Assembly (NCBI RefSeq): GCF_035084215.1
Contig: NC_090332.1
Span: 89,466,001 to 89,530,000 of the forward strand
Length of the DNA stretch: 64,000 bases
From: Heptranchias perlo
Taxonomy: Eukaryota
Direction of reading: 5' to 3'
In this document: in pieces, positions 13,239 through 25,706 of the stretch
Layout of the letters: every line of letters begins with the position of its first letter
Numbering within the stretch: position 1 is the stretch's first letter
The notes under the pieces: model-generated
Told to the model about the DNA's origin: nothing
What the model saw: only the letters and a program-made list of their open reading frames with translations
Database searches by the model: none
Program-made: the position numbers and the translations under genes

Positions 13239-13584
13239 CATCAGAAAGTGAGAAGAGTCCAGTCCTCAGACCACCTGGAAAGACCAGCCCCAACACCAGC
13301 CCCCCCACCCCTCCCCGCACAAAACCGTCCTGCAACTACACATACACCCACTGTAAAGTGACCCACTGGGTGGCATCAGGTGTCGCCATTAATGGTGAAG
13401 CTTATGAAAGGGGCCTATCACAAAAGCCAGTCAAGAATGGGCAAGACGTGGCAGTAGTGGTGAGAATGATAACATTTAATGTGAATATAACAAAAAACAA
13501 ATATAAATGAAAAACATGACAGTCTGTCAGACCCCCTTGTGCATCCCCTTCGTGATCACAAATCCTCAGCCTTTCTCTTCCTAC

Positions 13585-14688
13585 CGCTTCTACGTGGTGC
13601 GTCCCCTGTGGCTGCAGCAGGTTGGCTCATGTTCATGGCCGGACTGCTTAGATGCTTTCGGCCTACGCCCTCTGGGTTTCGGTGCCCGTGAGGGCCCCTC
13701 CAAAGACTGCTCCACCTGCACCTGTGTAGGGGCAGACTCGGCCACCTGGAGAGGAGGCAGCATTGTGGGTACTGGTTGAGAGGGGAGGGCAACGGGTGAG
13801 ACGTGGGAGCGCTTTGAGTGGCGTCCCCACTTCCATGTCCCCTTTCGCCATCATTCCTCTCCTGGACCAGGCCCACATCACTCCTACCACCCTGCTGGAG
13901 AACAGTTTGGAGGACATGTATGATGCCTTGGAAGGCCATTTCTAAAGTATCTGTCAGTCTGTTTAAGGCGGCAGAATGTTGTTCACCCTGAGCTGTGCTT
14001 GAAGCTCAATGAAGGCCAGCCTTCTCTCCATCGCAGACATTCCCGCACTTACCTGCGACGCTATCTCAGACAGTTGCTCACGTCCCTGCGACACTATCTC
14101 AGAGATTCCCTCCTGTACCTGTGCCACCATTCCACTAATGCAGGAGTTGGACTCCTCCATCCTCTGCGCTATTGTGGAGAGTGTGCGTGGCACCTGTTTC
14201 AGTTCCTCGCAAATATGCTGCTGTCCCCTCGATCATTCTCCTTTTAAAGGATGGCCCCCAGGGTTCAGCATCTGCGTCCAGCTGAGCAGAGCCTGGAGAG
14301 GAGTGCGCCCACCATCGCGGACTCTCCACAGCTGCCCCTGCCACCAGCGTCTGCCCGTGCTCACTTGTGTGTGGTGACTCACCAGGTGCCAATCCAACTA
14401 ACTGACTACTAGGACCCTTCGAGGTGTGAGTATCTGCGCTGGTGGATGGCTCACTAAAATGAGACTGTGGGCCCTCAGAGGCCGGCAGGTCCTCCTGACG
14501 AATCACCCACTGCCGTCACTGCAGTCGTTGAAGAGCCTGTAAGAGAACAGAAGACAATATTAAGCATCATGTTGCGATGAGTGTACTGAGGTAAAACACT
14601 TCCCTCCTCCTCCTCACCCCCGGCCAGTAGCTGCTGCAGGGAGGCATTATTGAATGTTGGAGCTGCCCTGCCCCTGTGCTGCTCCATA
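13585..14688 (-). pseudogene. Harbinger ORF2 (Myb/SANT-like DNA-binding protein), internally deleted
   Basis: Start MEQHRGRAAPTFNNASLQQLL, a Ser/Pro-rich linker (EPSTSADTHTS) and a coiled-coil-like segment (LSTIAQRMEESNSCISG). Frameshifted. Confidence 0.8.
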
Positions 14689-15364
14689 TTGTGTGTTCTT
14701 GGTGTTTGCTGCAGCAAAAGCCATTGGAGCAATGACCCTTTAAATAGAGACGCTCCAGCTGACAGCCCGTCACGCGGGAACGCAGTCCGCCCACTGCGCA
14801 GCTTTCGGACGGCAAACCCGGAAGCCATGTAAAGGGCCACCAATTAACTAGCGATCGCCTGGGAAACGGTAAGATTTCCGTAGTCGGGTTACCCGCGTGC
14901 CCATCGACCACACCCCTCCCCCACTGCCAACCCGTCGCCCTTTCAAAATCGAGCCCATCCACTCCAGTTTTGTGAAGGAATCAGTTATACTCCCCATTTA
15001 GAGGCAGCAATGAAGATTTGCACCAGGCTGCTGAGATGGATGGATTAAAATCTTGTATAAAAAAAAGTGACAGGGATTGAGAGTGAGAAAATGTTATCAT
15101 CATATATATATATATTTTAAATGAATAGATATTTCCTGAAAATAATTTGGAATGAATTACAGTAACAGGAAGCAATAATAAAAGCAATGGTGACAGTTAC
15201 AACTTTGTCCCATCGTGCAAGAAACTTAAAAAGAAACACAGAAGGCCCACAAACGCCCAGAGGTTCTGCCAATCGCTCACTGTAACCCTGATGGAAGACA
15301 GACAGGTCATCACAGAAAACAATGAGGTCTCTGCCATTTCTGGGAGTTTCCAGTGTGCCCTGTA

Positions 15365-16068
15365 GGGGGCAGAATCTCCTCTCTGCCCTTAAATAGCAAT
15401 GTCATCTGGAGTGGGGGGCAGGGGGGAGGCAGAGCCAAGGGTGGGGACTCCCTACTCCAGGAGTTCTCACCAGGCTGGCTCAGTCAGGGCCTGGTGTATC
15501 TCTGAAGGCTGGTTTGCGTACTGAGTTGAAGTGTACGGGCATCCAGATCAGTGAAAGTAGGTTCCACTGGTGGGGTCCAGGGAGGGGAGCTACCTGGTTC
15601 AAGAGGAAAGAGCTGACTTTATCTTTGGATTACCAAAAGTACCACCATTGGCAGCCGTGCCTTCAGCTGCCTAGGCTCTAAGCTCTGGAATTCCCTCCCT
15701 TAACCTTTCCGCCCCTCTACCTCTCTCTCCCCTTTTAAGTCATTCCTTATAACCTACTTCTTTGACCAAGCTCTTGGTCACCTGTCCTAATATCTCCTTA
15801 TGTGGCTCGGTGTCAAGCTTTGTCTGATAATCGCTCCTGTGAAGCGCCTTGGGGATTTTTTTACTACAATAAAGGCGCTATATAAATGCAAGTTGTTGTT
15901 TTAAACAAAAACCAGATCGGGCTCCTCACACAGGGGGCATGAGGGGAACATGGCTGGGATCTGAGGGGAAACGAGGCAATCCTGCTCCCAATGGCAGACC
16001 GGCTCCGGATTTCCCAGCTGTAGGGGGCAGGCGGGAACCAGGATTGTGTCCTGTGGAATTTTGAGGCC
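15365..16068. mobile_element. Decayed Harbinger-type MITE with a nested L2 fragment
   Basis: GC-rich block from GGGGGCAGAATCTCC to GGAATTTTGAGGCC (imperfect TIR). Confidence 0.45.
15643..15901 (+). mobile_element. L2-clade LINE 3' end
   Basis: Close match to 6046-6308, with a (GTT)n tail. Confidence 0.88.
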
Positions 16069-16232
16069 AGGATGTACATAGAATAAACTGACTTATACTC
16101 ATTTTTCCTGGTAATGGTGATCTTGAATTGATGTCCATGCATTCAATCTATTATGCCGTGTGGCTATTATTAATTTTTAGTGCATTTATGAGCACATATA
16201 AGTGCATCCATTAAATAAGATATAACCATTCA

Positions 16233-16313
16233 ATCATAAGAACATAGGAACAGGAGTAGGCCATTCAGCCCCTCAAGCCTGTTCTGCCATTCAATTAGAT
16301 CATGGCTGACCTG
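16233..16313 (-). mobile_element. Very short CR1 3' end
   Basis: CATAAGAACATAGGAACAGGAGTAGGCCATTCAGCCCCTC. Confidence 0.8.
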
Positions 16314-16521
16314 ATCAATCAGATGTTCAACTAAACTCAATCCGATATGGCAGCAGTAGGGTATCATGGGAGGGAACCATGTTAAAAGAAACTGATTAGA
16401 TGCAAGTGCGAATTACCTAAAAAAGACAGGATAATATTCACAGGAAGCATGTTATGGTTTACGAAATACATACCAGGATTTTTCCTCTAATAATGCAACT
16501 TTATTGCATTGAGGCACTCAC

Positions 16522-16602
16522 CATTATTGTTAAAGGGTAAATCCCAACAAAGGCCAATGTTCCAAATGGGAATCTGATAAATGATGTTTGTATTAAATAA
16601 AC
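16522..16602 (-). CDS. Candidate 81-nt exon (VYLIQTSFIRFPFGTLAFVGIYPLTIM)
   Basis: Strong donor ATG|GTGAGT, weak acceptor catcaccgcAG. Length is a multiple of 3 and a second frame is also open. Confidence 0.25.
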
Positions 16603-18132
16603 CTGCGGTGATGACACCTCTAGGTGGAGTTCTTTTCATGTAGAGGACCATAGGCTGGCTGTCATCCAGCAGCATAACTATTGGAGCCTTGAATTAATTT
16701 ACAACAGGAGCATAACTGAATATCTGAATACTTAAACCAGTTAAAGAGATCAGTGGTATGCTTACAGGTGGATGTACATAACATCACATAATCTATTGAA
16801 TGCCCCAATATGGGCCTCAGATATGGTTTTAAAAAAGCACCTCAATGGTGAGGACTGTATCACCAAACACATGTCAGAGACTCAGAATTCATTTTATTAA
16901 TGGGTCAAGTAATCAGCTTTTCTTCCAGAGAGAAGGGTCAGATATTTAAGTTCAATGAACTGCAATGCGTGAAAGCCCTAATTTGATGTTCCATTCTCTC
17001 AGCTGGAGCTGTGGAAGCGAAGAAATCCAACAATGGGAAATTGTGGGCTAGAAACTGAAAGGAAAGGAAATCTCCCAGTTCAATAGAAACAGGCCAGCAA
17101 ATACCCGAGTGGAAAATGCAGAGCACGTTAAGTGTTCCCCAAACCTTGTCGCTCTTAACTTCACTTTGTGTGTCCATTTTTGGTATTACTTTTACAGTGC
17201 AGAAGATTAATGTCTTAGCAAACTTTATTTGAAAAGTATAAATTCTATACTGTTTTACATTTGCACAGTATGGCCAATTTGGCTGTTATTCTTGCTCAGT
17301 AATATAAACACAACATTCCAATGGCTATGCTTTCCAAGCTAAAGTAACAGTGAGTTAAGATCTGCCACGTACCCTTAGTTGGAGAAGTTTTTTTTGCCAA
17401 TATAAACATCAAATGTTGTTTGTTGTGACATGCTCAATAATATGACATCATACTTTTCTGGTATGTCAATCACACTGAAGCCAAGATATGATCATAATCT
17501 CCTAAAATGAATTGAATTGCAGAAGTCTAGACTGTTCTGTTCAATGCAATGTTGTAATAACTGGTCTCTGCTTTTGGCAACTCTTTGCCTCACACTTCTC
17601 AAGAGACCACATTATAAATTAATCCGTGTGTTGATCTGAATTCAGCATTTTCTGCATGATTAAGGTTTGGCATATGTGCTGCACTGTTATTCTTACACTG
17701 GGGGAATGTTTTGCAAGTTACTGAAAGCCAAGTAAGGCTATTAAGTGGTGGCAGGCAACATGTTTTACTTCAGAACAAATATAAATACCCATTTAATGTT
17801 TTGTTTTGTTCCAAATCAGCCACAGTTCCCATATAGAGAATAATCGAGTCAGCCGTAATATTTGAAAATACATTAAAGGAAATCCTAGGGACTGGAAGCT
17901 ACAGAAGAGAACCTTGTATGGAGCTGTAGGCTCACATTATTGTGATTCATTTAGTTTGTCCTCATTTATAGGTAGGTCGATGTGGATTAACAATGCAGTG
18001 CCCCAATCATCTCCATGTATCCGTGTGTATGTGTATAAGTGAATTTTGCTATCATCGACTATGTGCATGAAACCTGTTGACGTTCATTTGATGTTGGCTT
18101 TAAGGATGATCTAAACACATGGAAAGTAGAAA

Positions 18133-18485
18133 AAGAGGTGAGCTTCTCAATGAGGCTGGGGGTGCCATGCTCTTGAGAAATGTTTGCTTGCTTGCATTCC
18201 TGGCCAAAAGAAGCCGAGGAGGACAAGAGAGAAGTATTCATCGCCTGGAGATAAATAATCAGTATGTCCACGTATATCACTGGAACAGTACACACTCAGT
18301 TTGTGTGCTTAAGCTCTCCCCACAGCAGGATGGATCATTGTGCCAGCAGACAAACTAACTACTGTAGTTTATTTCACACTCATTGTCTCTCTTGTCCTCC
18401 TCGGCTTCTTTTGGCCAGGAATGCAAGCAAGCAAACATTTCTCAAGAGCATGGCACCCCCAGCCTCATTGAGAAGCTCACCTCTT
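18133..18485. repeat. Perfect 100-bp inverted repeat with a 153-nt spacer
   Basis: 18133-18232 is the exact reverse complement of 18386-18485. No TSD. Confidence 0.97.
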
Positions 18486-18552
18486 ATGACATTTTTGGTG
18501 AGCTGTTGAACTGGATATTCAATGATATGAGAGATGGAAAAGGTCAGTTCAT

Positions 18553-19038
18553 AGCAACTAGATGCTCAGTGGGTAACACCCTTGCCTCTGACCCAGAAGG
18601 CTGTGGGTTCAAGTCCCACTTTAAGCACAAAATCCAGGCTGACACTCCCAGTGCAGTACTGAGGGAGTGCTGCACTGTCGGAGGTGCCGTCTTTCGGACG
18701 GGGCGTTAAACCAAGGCCCCATCTACCCTCTCGGGTGAACATAAAAGACCCCACGGTACTATTAAAAGAAGAGCAGGGGAGTTCTCCCCGGTGTCCTGAC
18801 CAATATTTATCCTTCAACCAACATCACTAAAAAAAAAGATTATCTGGTCATTATCACATTGCTGTTTGTGGGAGCTTGCTGCGCGCAAATTGGCTGCAGC
18901 GTTTCCTACATTACAATAGTGACTACACTTTTGTATTTTTTGTACTTTTACACAAAGTGCTTCATTGGCTGTGAAGCGTTTTGGGACATCCTGAGGTGGT
19001 GAAAGGCTCTATATCAATGCAAGTCTTTCTTCCTTCTT
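18553..19038 (+). mobile_element. Full-length SacSINE1-like tRNA-derived Deu SINE
   Basis: Pol III A box TGCTCAGTGGG and B box GGTTCAAGTCC, a Deu-like core and an L2-like tail AAAGGCTCTATATCAATGCAAGT. Confidence 0.88.
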
Positions 19039-19419
19039 TATTGCAACAGCTCTACAGAGGTCCCTAAGACAGGTGCACATGCTTCCACTTTCATCCTCAC
19101 CTTCAACAACAGCCTGGCAAATGTCAAAAGTAATTTTCTCTTTGCTACTGACACCATGTAGAGTGGACAAGTTTCACCAGCAAGACCGCTTTTAAAAATC
19201 AAACAGCTGGAACGAATTAGAGTTAACATTTAGATCCTTTTGTATTGTTCAATCCACTTCTTTTAGCTGTTTAACATTTTCTTTCTTTAACAATGAATAC
19301 TGATCTGGGGCACAGCCTGAAGGAGGTACTTAGACCTGCCCACCTCTGCTCCATTTAGGTACTGAGTTCTCTTCAGCTGCAAATGTTCAACTTATAAGAG
19401 CTGATTTTCCTCTCCCTCC

Positions 19420-19900
19420 CTAGTGAGGGGGAGTGAGGGTTGCAATAATGCAGACTGTAGGTGGTGCAGAGTGTGTGAGTGGGAGGAGAAGGAGGTGGAG
19501 TGAAGTGTGGAACAGAGAGTGAAGGGAGGTGGGGGATGGGAGTGTTGTGAGTAATGGGGGGGCTGTAGGTGGTGAAGTGTGAGGAGAGAGTAGTTGAGAT
19601 CAGAGGTAGGATGCTTACCTTGACACCTCTGCTGAAGTCATTAAACTCCTTTCGCCATTGCAGCCCTATCTTGGGAGCTAAGCACCTCTCATTGACCTCC
19701 TCAGTCACCTCTTAGACTGGCAATGGAGGTGCTGGTTGGAGGGCTTTTGTCCCACGGTGGGGTGGAGGGGGGGGGAACAGGATCTCCCTCATGTTCACCA
19801 CCTGGACCAGGGCAGCAATAGAGAACCTGAGGGCCGAAACTACAGCTCTTGCTGCCAGTTTTCTCTTCAGGAGCATTCTCTCCTGTCTGCAGCCCAGAGG
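19420..19900 (-). pseudogene. Harbinger Myb/SANT ORF2 relic (exon 1 and intron)
   Basis: EEVNERCLAPKIGLQWRKEFNDFSRGVK|gtaagc. Homologous, intron included, to 60883-61320. Confidence 0.8.
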
Positions 19901-21279
19901 CAGGAATACCAGCACTGAGCCAACTCCTTACGGATGCAAGTTCCCCGTTGGATGTCAACACCCAGTGTTTAGAGACCATATTCTAGTCTCCACTCGCCGA
20001 GGCTCCAGATGTAGCAGTGGAGACAAAAACCCTGGAATCGTTCAAGAAACAATCAGATGCTACAGTGGCAGGTGGGAAACAATAAGATCTCTTTGGATGG
20101 ATGAGTGAACATAATCTGTAATTATTTTGTGACCTCCGGGTTGCTAATCCAGAACTACAACCAGTACATTACCATGGAAAACAGCATATGCAAAAACATG
20201 GAAAGCAACTGAACATGGACCATTGACAGCAAGCCTAATACCTGTGATATCCAAAGGATTATGGATAGCAGCCAACTTATTTCTTTCACCTCATTTTATA
20301 TTTTTATGTCTCCAGTTTGTAACAATTTTGAAAATCCTATTTTCTCAAGGAAATCAAGAATATCGAAACTGAGCATACGATAAGGGTTGGTACTATTTGC
20401 TTATCGGTTATTAAGTGTTCCCAGAAGAGGGAAACAAACTGAAAATCCAGGCGTAAGTCAACCTTATGACTTTTTAAAATAAATACAGCTTAGGGAAAAC
20501 TAACAAACTGATGATTTGCCACTGTTTATATATTTAAATATGATCTTTAAATGTTGTAGGAGCTGCCTAATTTGAAATATTGCACTGCACAACTTAATAT
20601 AAACTGTCAGTACCTACTGTTTGCTAAAGTAATGCTGCACATTAAAAATATAAACACAGTAGGACATTAGCAAGTTTCGCAAGGGCTGACTTGATATAAT
20701 TTAATGATTGTCAAATAACAAATCCATCATTAGGGATTATAGCTCGAGGTTTAAAGCAATAACATACATGCTTTTACCTTCCTATCTATTTTGCTTTTTT
20801 ATTTTCTCTCAGTTCTCACAAGTGTTATTACCAAATTAAGTTAAACCACTCCAAATTGGGGATCCGCCCTGTTTTTTTTTGAACACAGTAAAAACCCACA
20901 GCAAAGCCCACAGCGTGATTTTCACAGCTGATACAAACACAAATTCTGCTCTGAAGCCATATAAAGGCTGTAAATATATCTGGAGCTGCATTGTACTTAA
21001 TACCAGAATGGAACTGAGCAGTGCTTAATTTAAGTAGCCATTCCTAAAGGATGACTCACAAATGTTATATTTCAGGCCTTTTGAGGTTATAGTTTAGTGT
21101 GTACTTGACCCTTCAAAGGAATCCAATTTAAAAAATGAAAAATATTTTTTGCAAATATTAACCCTTAAACCACCAACAAGTCCAAAGAAATTCCTGTCTT
21201 GTCTGAACTGGCAGGTTTAGTAAATTGTCAGCTCACGCACTGTGATGCTGAAGTAAACATTAATATTACAGTAATAAAT

Positions 21280-21600
21280 CTACTTGTGGGGGAGTCCAAA
21301 ACTAGAGGTCATAAATATAAGACTAATAAATCCAATGGGGAATTCAGGATAAACTTCTTCACCCAGAGAGTGGTTGGAACGTGGAACTCGCTCCCACAAG
21401 GAGCAGTTGAGTCGAATAGCATCGATGCATTTAAGGGGAAGCTGAGTAAACACATGAAGGAGACAGGAATTGAAGGATATGCTGATAGGGTGAGATGACG
21501 AGGGGTGGGAGGAGGCTTGGGTGGAGCATAAACACTGGCATGGACCTGTTGGGCCGAATGGCCTGTTTCTGTGCTGTTGACTCGATGTAACTTGATGTAA
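21280..21600 (+). mobile_element. CR1 LINE 3' fragment
   Basis: GESKTRGHKYK...FFTQRVVGTWNSLP...GYADRVR*, with a (GATGTAACTT)n tail. Confidence 0.9.
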
Positions 21601-21812
21601 ATATCAGAAGTGGTTTACTTAATCCTAAATTAAACAGCTAGGAGAAAATAATATTTTATTTATTTAACCTAACCTACTCTAATTTCTGTATTCTTCCCCT
21701 CTGCTAAAAAAACTTTTTGAAAGTTGATTAATAGATTACTGGTTGGTTTGGAATTTTAGGATCAAGGTGCCAGATATTTTTAATTAGTGCAGCAATGATC
21801 TTCTGTCATCTT

Positions 21813-22005
21813 ATCATAGAATCATAGAATCATACTGGACAGAAGGAGGCCATTCAGCCCATCGTGCCTGTGCCTGTTCTTTGAAAGAGCTATCCAATTA
21901 GTTCCCACTTCCCTGCTCTTTTCCCATAGCCTTGCAAATTTTTCCTTACCAAGTATATAAACAATTCCCTTTTGAAAATTACTATTAAACCTGCTTCTAC
22001 CACCC
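21813..22005 (-). mobile_element. CR1 LINE 3' fragment
   Basis: (ATCATAGA)n tail and GGAGGCCATTCAGCCCATCG. Confidence 0.88.
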
Positions 22006-22111
22006 AATTAAGATCTTTTGAGCACCTGCTATTCCATTTTACCGTAACACTTAGATTTTAGCTTTTTAGTATCTTATTTTGTCAATGAGTTATTGAATAA
22101 TCAGGTCACAG

Positions 22112-22486
22112 AGGAAATTCCAAATTAAAACAGAAAATGCTGGAAACAGGTCAGGCTGCGTCTGTGAAGAGAGAAACAGGTAACGTTTCAGGTCGATGGC
22201 CTCTCATCAGAACTGTAAGAAGTTAGAGATTTAACGATTTATAAGTAAATACGGAGCCAGGCAAAAGGTGGTAGGGGTGGGGGGAGGAAAGAACAAAGGG
22301 GAAGGTCTGTGTTTGGGTGGAGGGCAGGAGTGATTAAATGACAAAAGGGATGATGGTGCAAGTCAAAAGGGGATGGTAATGGGACAAGTAAAGTGGGTCT
22401 AGAGGAGCTGTAAATGGCAACAGGAGAACCATTACCATCACCCGCTGTCCGAAAAAATGGGAATCACTTTGCTACTTGTCCCATTG
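22112..22486 (-). mobile_element. Penelope-like element terminal fragment
   Basis: AAAACAGAAAATGCTGGAAA...TCTGTG...GAAACAGGTAACGTTTCAGGTCG, homologous to 49392-49700. Contains a hammerhead core. Confidence 0.8.
22178..22214 (-). ncRNA. Minimal type I hammerhead ribozyme motif
   Basis: Minus strand AGUU-CUGAUGA-gAGGccaucgaCCU-GAAA-CG-UU-ACCU. Core intact, one mismatch in stem I. Confidence 0.7.
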
Positions 22487-23508
22487 AAAATAATAGGACT
22501 GATTTAATACAGAACTGGAGACTTGGACCTCAGTAGCTTGTTACATATTGTAATCTCCATTAAAAGCTCTCTTGCTGTGCCAGGCTGGTGAATTTGGATT
22601 GGCAAAGCAAGGCACAGAAGATAAGACTTCTGCAAATCTGGTCCTTTAATAGCAAAGATTAAAAGAAATAACAAGCTTAAGATATACAAAAACTAAGAGT
22701 AGCTTTAATTATCACAAACATCTTCGCAGTTCCGATTTAATTGGCAAGGCTTAAACAGCTTGAAGAAAAATGGAAAATGAGATATGAATTTCCCATCTGC
22801 CTTGAAGCCACCTCAATGCAGCCATCCTGTTTTTAGCTTCTATTTTATAACCTTGCCTCTTTTGAACCCATTTCTAAAAAGCAAACCATAAGAGGAAGGA
22901 AAAAGAGGGAGACAGAGAGAAAAGTTATAGACAGCATTAAAGCAATATTCCAAGTTTGCTATTTCAAAGACATAAATCAATTGCTTACTTTTCTACTCTG
23001 TCTGCACATTATTGTAGAAGTATCTCATCACACACTTGTAAGGAGGAGGGGGCAGGAGATGCAAGGTCCTAAAACATTAGTATCCATCCACTTTGATCAT
23101 CTACAGTGGGCTGAGTTGCTAAAAGTTTGAAGAATATTAGCCCTAATCAGTAGCAAATAAAATCCTTTTTTCTAAAAACAACGAGCTGGAAGATGCATGA
23201 AATCCTCTTATCCACGATATGGATTTCTATCTTTTGTAATATGTGCATCTGAATTATGTTTTTGAATAGTAAATCTGCTGTATTGCTTTAACAGTAATAG
23301 TTTATGATCCTAAATGCAAAGCTAAGACCACAAAGAGAAAACATATAATAGAAAGGTTACTGAGATTTTAACTACTTAATGTACAGAAAAATAACTTGGA
23401 GTCCTGCGCATAAAATCACTCCCAGCTTCTCCACAATTCTGAAAGTATTAAAACACAGCGACATGAATAAATATACATCATTAACAATCTCTGTATTGAC
23501 AAAGTCCT

Positions 23509-24001
23509 GAGCCCTGATTATAACTGGGGGGGGGGCAAGTGTGGGGTCAATAAGTCGAGCATTAAGCTCACTGACAGGAGACCCGGGACATTATAACCCC
23601 CAGGCCATCATTTAAATGTTAGCCCTGACTCCCGCCCTAACCCGTCAGTGAGGTGGCACTGGCGGGCATGTGAGTGTGGAAGGAGACCGCTGCCGGGAAC
23701 CGGATGGAATGGTCCCCGGCAAAGGTAGGTCTGGAGTGGGGTTCCCAAGGCGATCGCGGGGAGGGGAGGGAAAATAGCCAGTAGGCAATCTTTCTAAAGC
23801 TTATACGGAGACCTGGTCCCATTCATCTAGGATCAATAGTCAAATCCACACCGGCAAATTGAGTGAAGACCCGCTGTTTACGTTGCTGGTTAAGTGGGTC
23901 CACCCAAAATCAATGGAATGAAAATCGTGCGGGTTCTATAAAGGCAGGTGATTCACTCCACCAGATTACTGCCCAGGTGGTGAAGATCAAAACGGACCCC
24001 C
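23509..24001. mobile_element. Decayed Harbinger-type MITE
   Basis: GC-rich block from GCCCTGATTATAAC to GATCAAAACGGACCCC, similar in architecture to the other MITEs here. Confidence 0.45.
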
Positions 24002-24077
24002 ATACTTATTTTTTAAATGTGCAGTTTCACACTCATACATCCAAAGTACAGCCAATGCTGCATGTATTTATCAAACG

Positions 24078-24145
24078 CGTGTGCGTGTGTGTGTGCGTGT
24101 GCGTGTGTGTGCATATGTGCGTGTGTGTGCACAAATAGTGTGTAC
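24078..24145. repeat. (TG/CG)n microsatellite
   Basis: Directly visible. Confidence 0.9.
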
Positions 24146-24563
24146 ACATTTTCTGCCACTTCAAATTGATCAACCAAAGTGGATATCAGCTGAATTGGAA
24201 GTCTAAAGTGGGTGGGAGTGTACTGGATTTAGTTCAAGAGATAACTAGGATATGTTATAAAATCTACAGATAGAACACGGAAATATGTCTTCACACAATC
24301 AAAGAACAATATGCTATATAAGTAGAAATAAATGCTGGAAACATACTGCAGGTCATACAGAGTTATAAAAAGTAGGTTATGTTTTGTGTACACACTTTTT
24401 GTGAGAACAGGACACTGGGTGATAAGTAAGCCCTTTTATACAAAGAGGGCTGCAGATGGTGACACCACTAATCCCGGCCAGAATGGAGATGATTGGGTAA
24501 TTCCCCCATCAATCACACTGCTGTAAGTGACTGGGATTGATTTTACGCACATAATTTGTATTC

Positions 24564-25706
24564 TGTAACTATCAGCCACTCACTGCACTTTTCTGGTGAA
24601 GTCACCCTGCTTTTATCATGAATGGCAGATGGAGTTTAATTTAGATAAATGTGAGGTGATGCATTTTGGTAGATCGAATCGGGCCAGGACCTACTCCGTT
24701 AATGGTAGGGCGTTGGGGAGAGTTATAGAACAAAGAGATCTAGGAGTACAGATTCATAGCTCCTTGAAAGTGGAGTCACAGGTGGATAGGGTGGTGAAGA
24801 AGGCATTCAGCATGCTTGGTTTCATTGGTCAGAACATTGAATGCAGGAGTTGGGATGTCTTGTTGAAGTTGTACAGGGCATTGGTGAGGCCACACTTGGA
24901 GTACTGTGTACAGTTCTGGTCACCCTATTATAGAAAGGATATTATTAAACTAGAAAGAGTGCAGAAAAGATTTACTAGGATGCTACCGGGACTTGATGGT
25001 TTGACTTACAGGGAGAGGTTAGACAGACTGGGACTTTATTCCCTGGAGAGTAGGAGGTTAAGGGGTGATCTTATAGAAGTCTATAAAATAATGAGGGGCA
25101 TAGATAAGGTCGATAGTCAAAATCTTTTCCCAAAGGTAGGGGAGTCTATAACGAGGGGGCACAGATTTAAGGTGAGAGGGGAGAGATACAAAAGGATCCA
25201 GAGGGGCAATTTTTTCACTCAAAGGGTGGTGAGTGTCTGGAACGAGCTGCCAGAGGCAGTAGTAGAGGCGGGTACAATTTTGTCTTTTAAAAAGCATTTG
25301 GACAGTTACATGGGGAAGATGGGTATCGAGGGATATGGGCCAAGTGCAGGCAATTGGGACTAGCTTAGTGGTATAAACTGGGCGACATGGACATGTTGGG
25401 CCGAAGGGCCTGTTTCCATGTTGTAACTTCTATGATTCTATGATTCTATGAAGTTGCTGTAGTTTCGGTCACGAGTTCCGTTTTGCTGCAGTTCGTATAG
25501 ACTCTTTTTAAATAGACTCTGTATATAGACTTTGTTTGCTTTGCTGTTTGCCGTGAGTCCTGTCATGAGCCCCGCCCCCAATTCATTGGCTGACGCAGTG
25601 CTGTCAATAGACCTTCTGTACAAAGAGAGAGAGAACAGCCAGTGAAGGTCACGAGTCAAGATAGTTCCTGTCCAAGGCAGGCAGCTGACGGGTTTATTGG
25701 GCTGCA
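24564..25706 (-). mobile_element. Solo-LTR-like element, copy 1, interrupted by CR1
   Basis: Starts TGTAAC. Segments 24564-24620 and 25450-25706 align to 33396-33725. The minus strand carries CCAAT, GC-box and TATTTAAA motifs. Confidence 0.55.
24617..25450 (+). mobile_element. Young 5'-truncated CR1 LINE (open ORF2 C-terminus, ~250 aa)
   Basis: WQMEFNLDKCEVMHFG...LVRPHLEYCVQFWSP...GYGPSAGNWD*, with an (ATTCTATG)n tail and ATGAA at both junctions. Confidence 0.95.

Larger units (their letters stand above)
11406..14956. mobile_element. Near full-length decayed PIF/Harbinger DNA transposon
   Basis: TIRs GGGCTCAATTTTAAAA / TTTCAAAATCGAGCCC. Transposase on the plus strand and Myb/SANT ORF on the minus strand converge, the two-ORF Harbinger layout. 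No clear TSD. Confidence 0.92.

Noticed and set aside
18560-18625. tRNA gene
   Set aside because: The A and B boxes are the head of a SINE that continues into the Deu core. No full cloverleaf.
25455-25500. Hammerhead in the LTR-like repeat (…GACCGAAAC)
   Set aside because: The upstream box is CUGCAGC in both copies, not CUGANGA, and stems I and III do not form.
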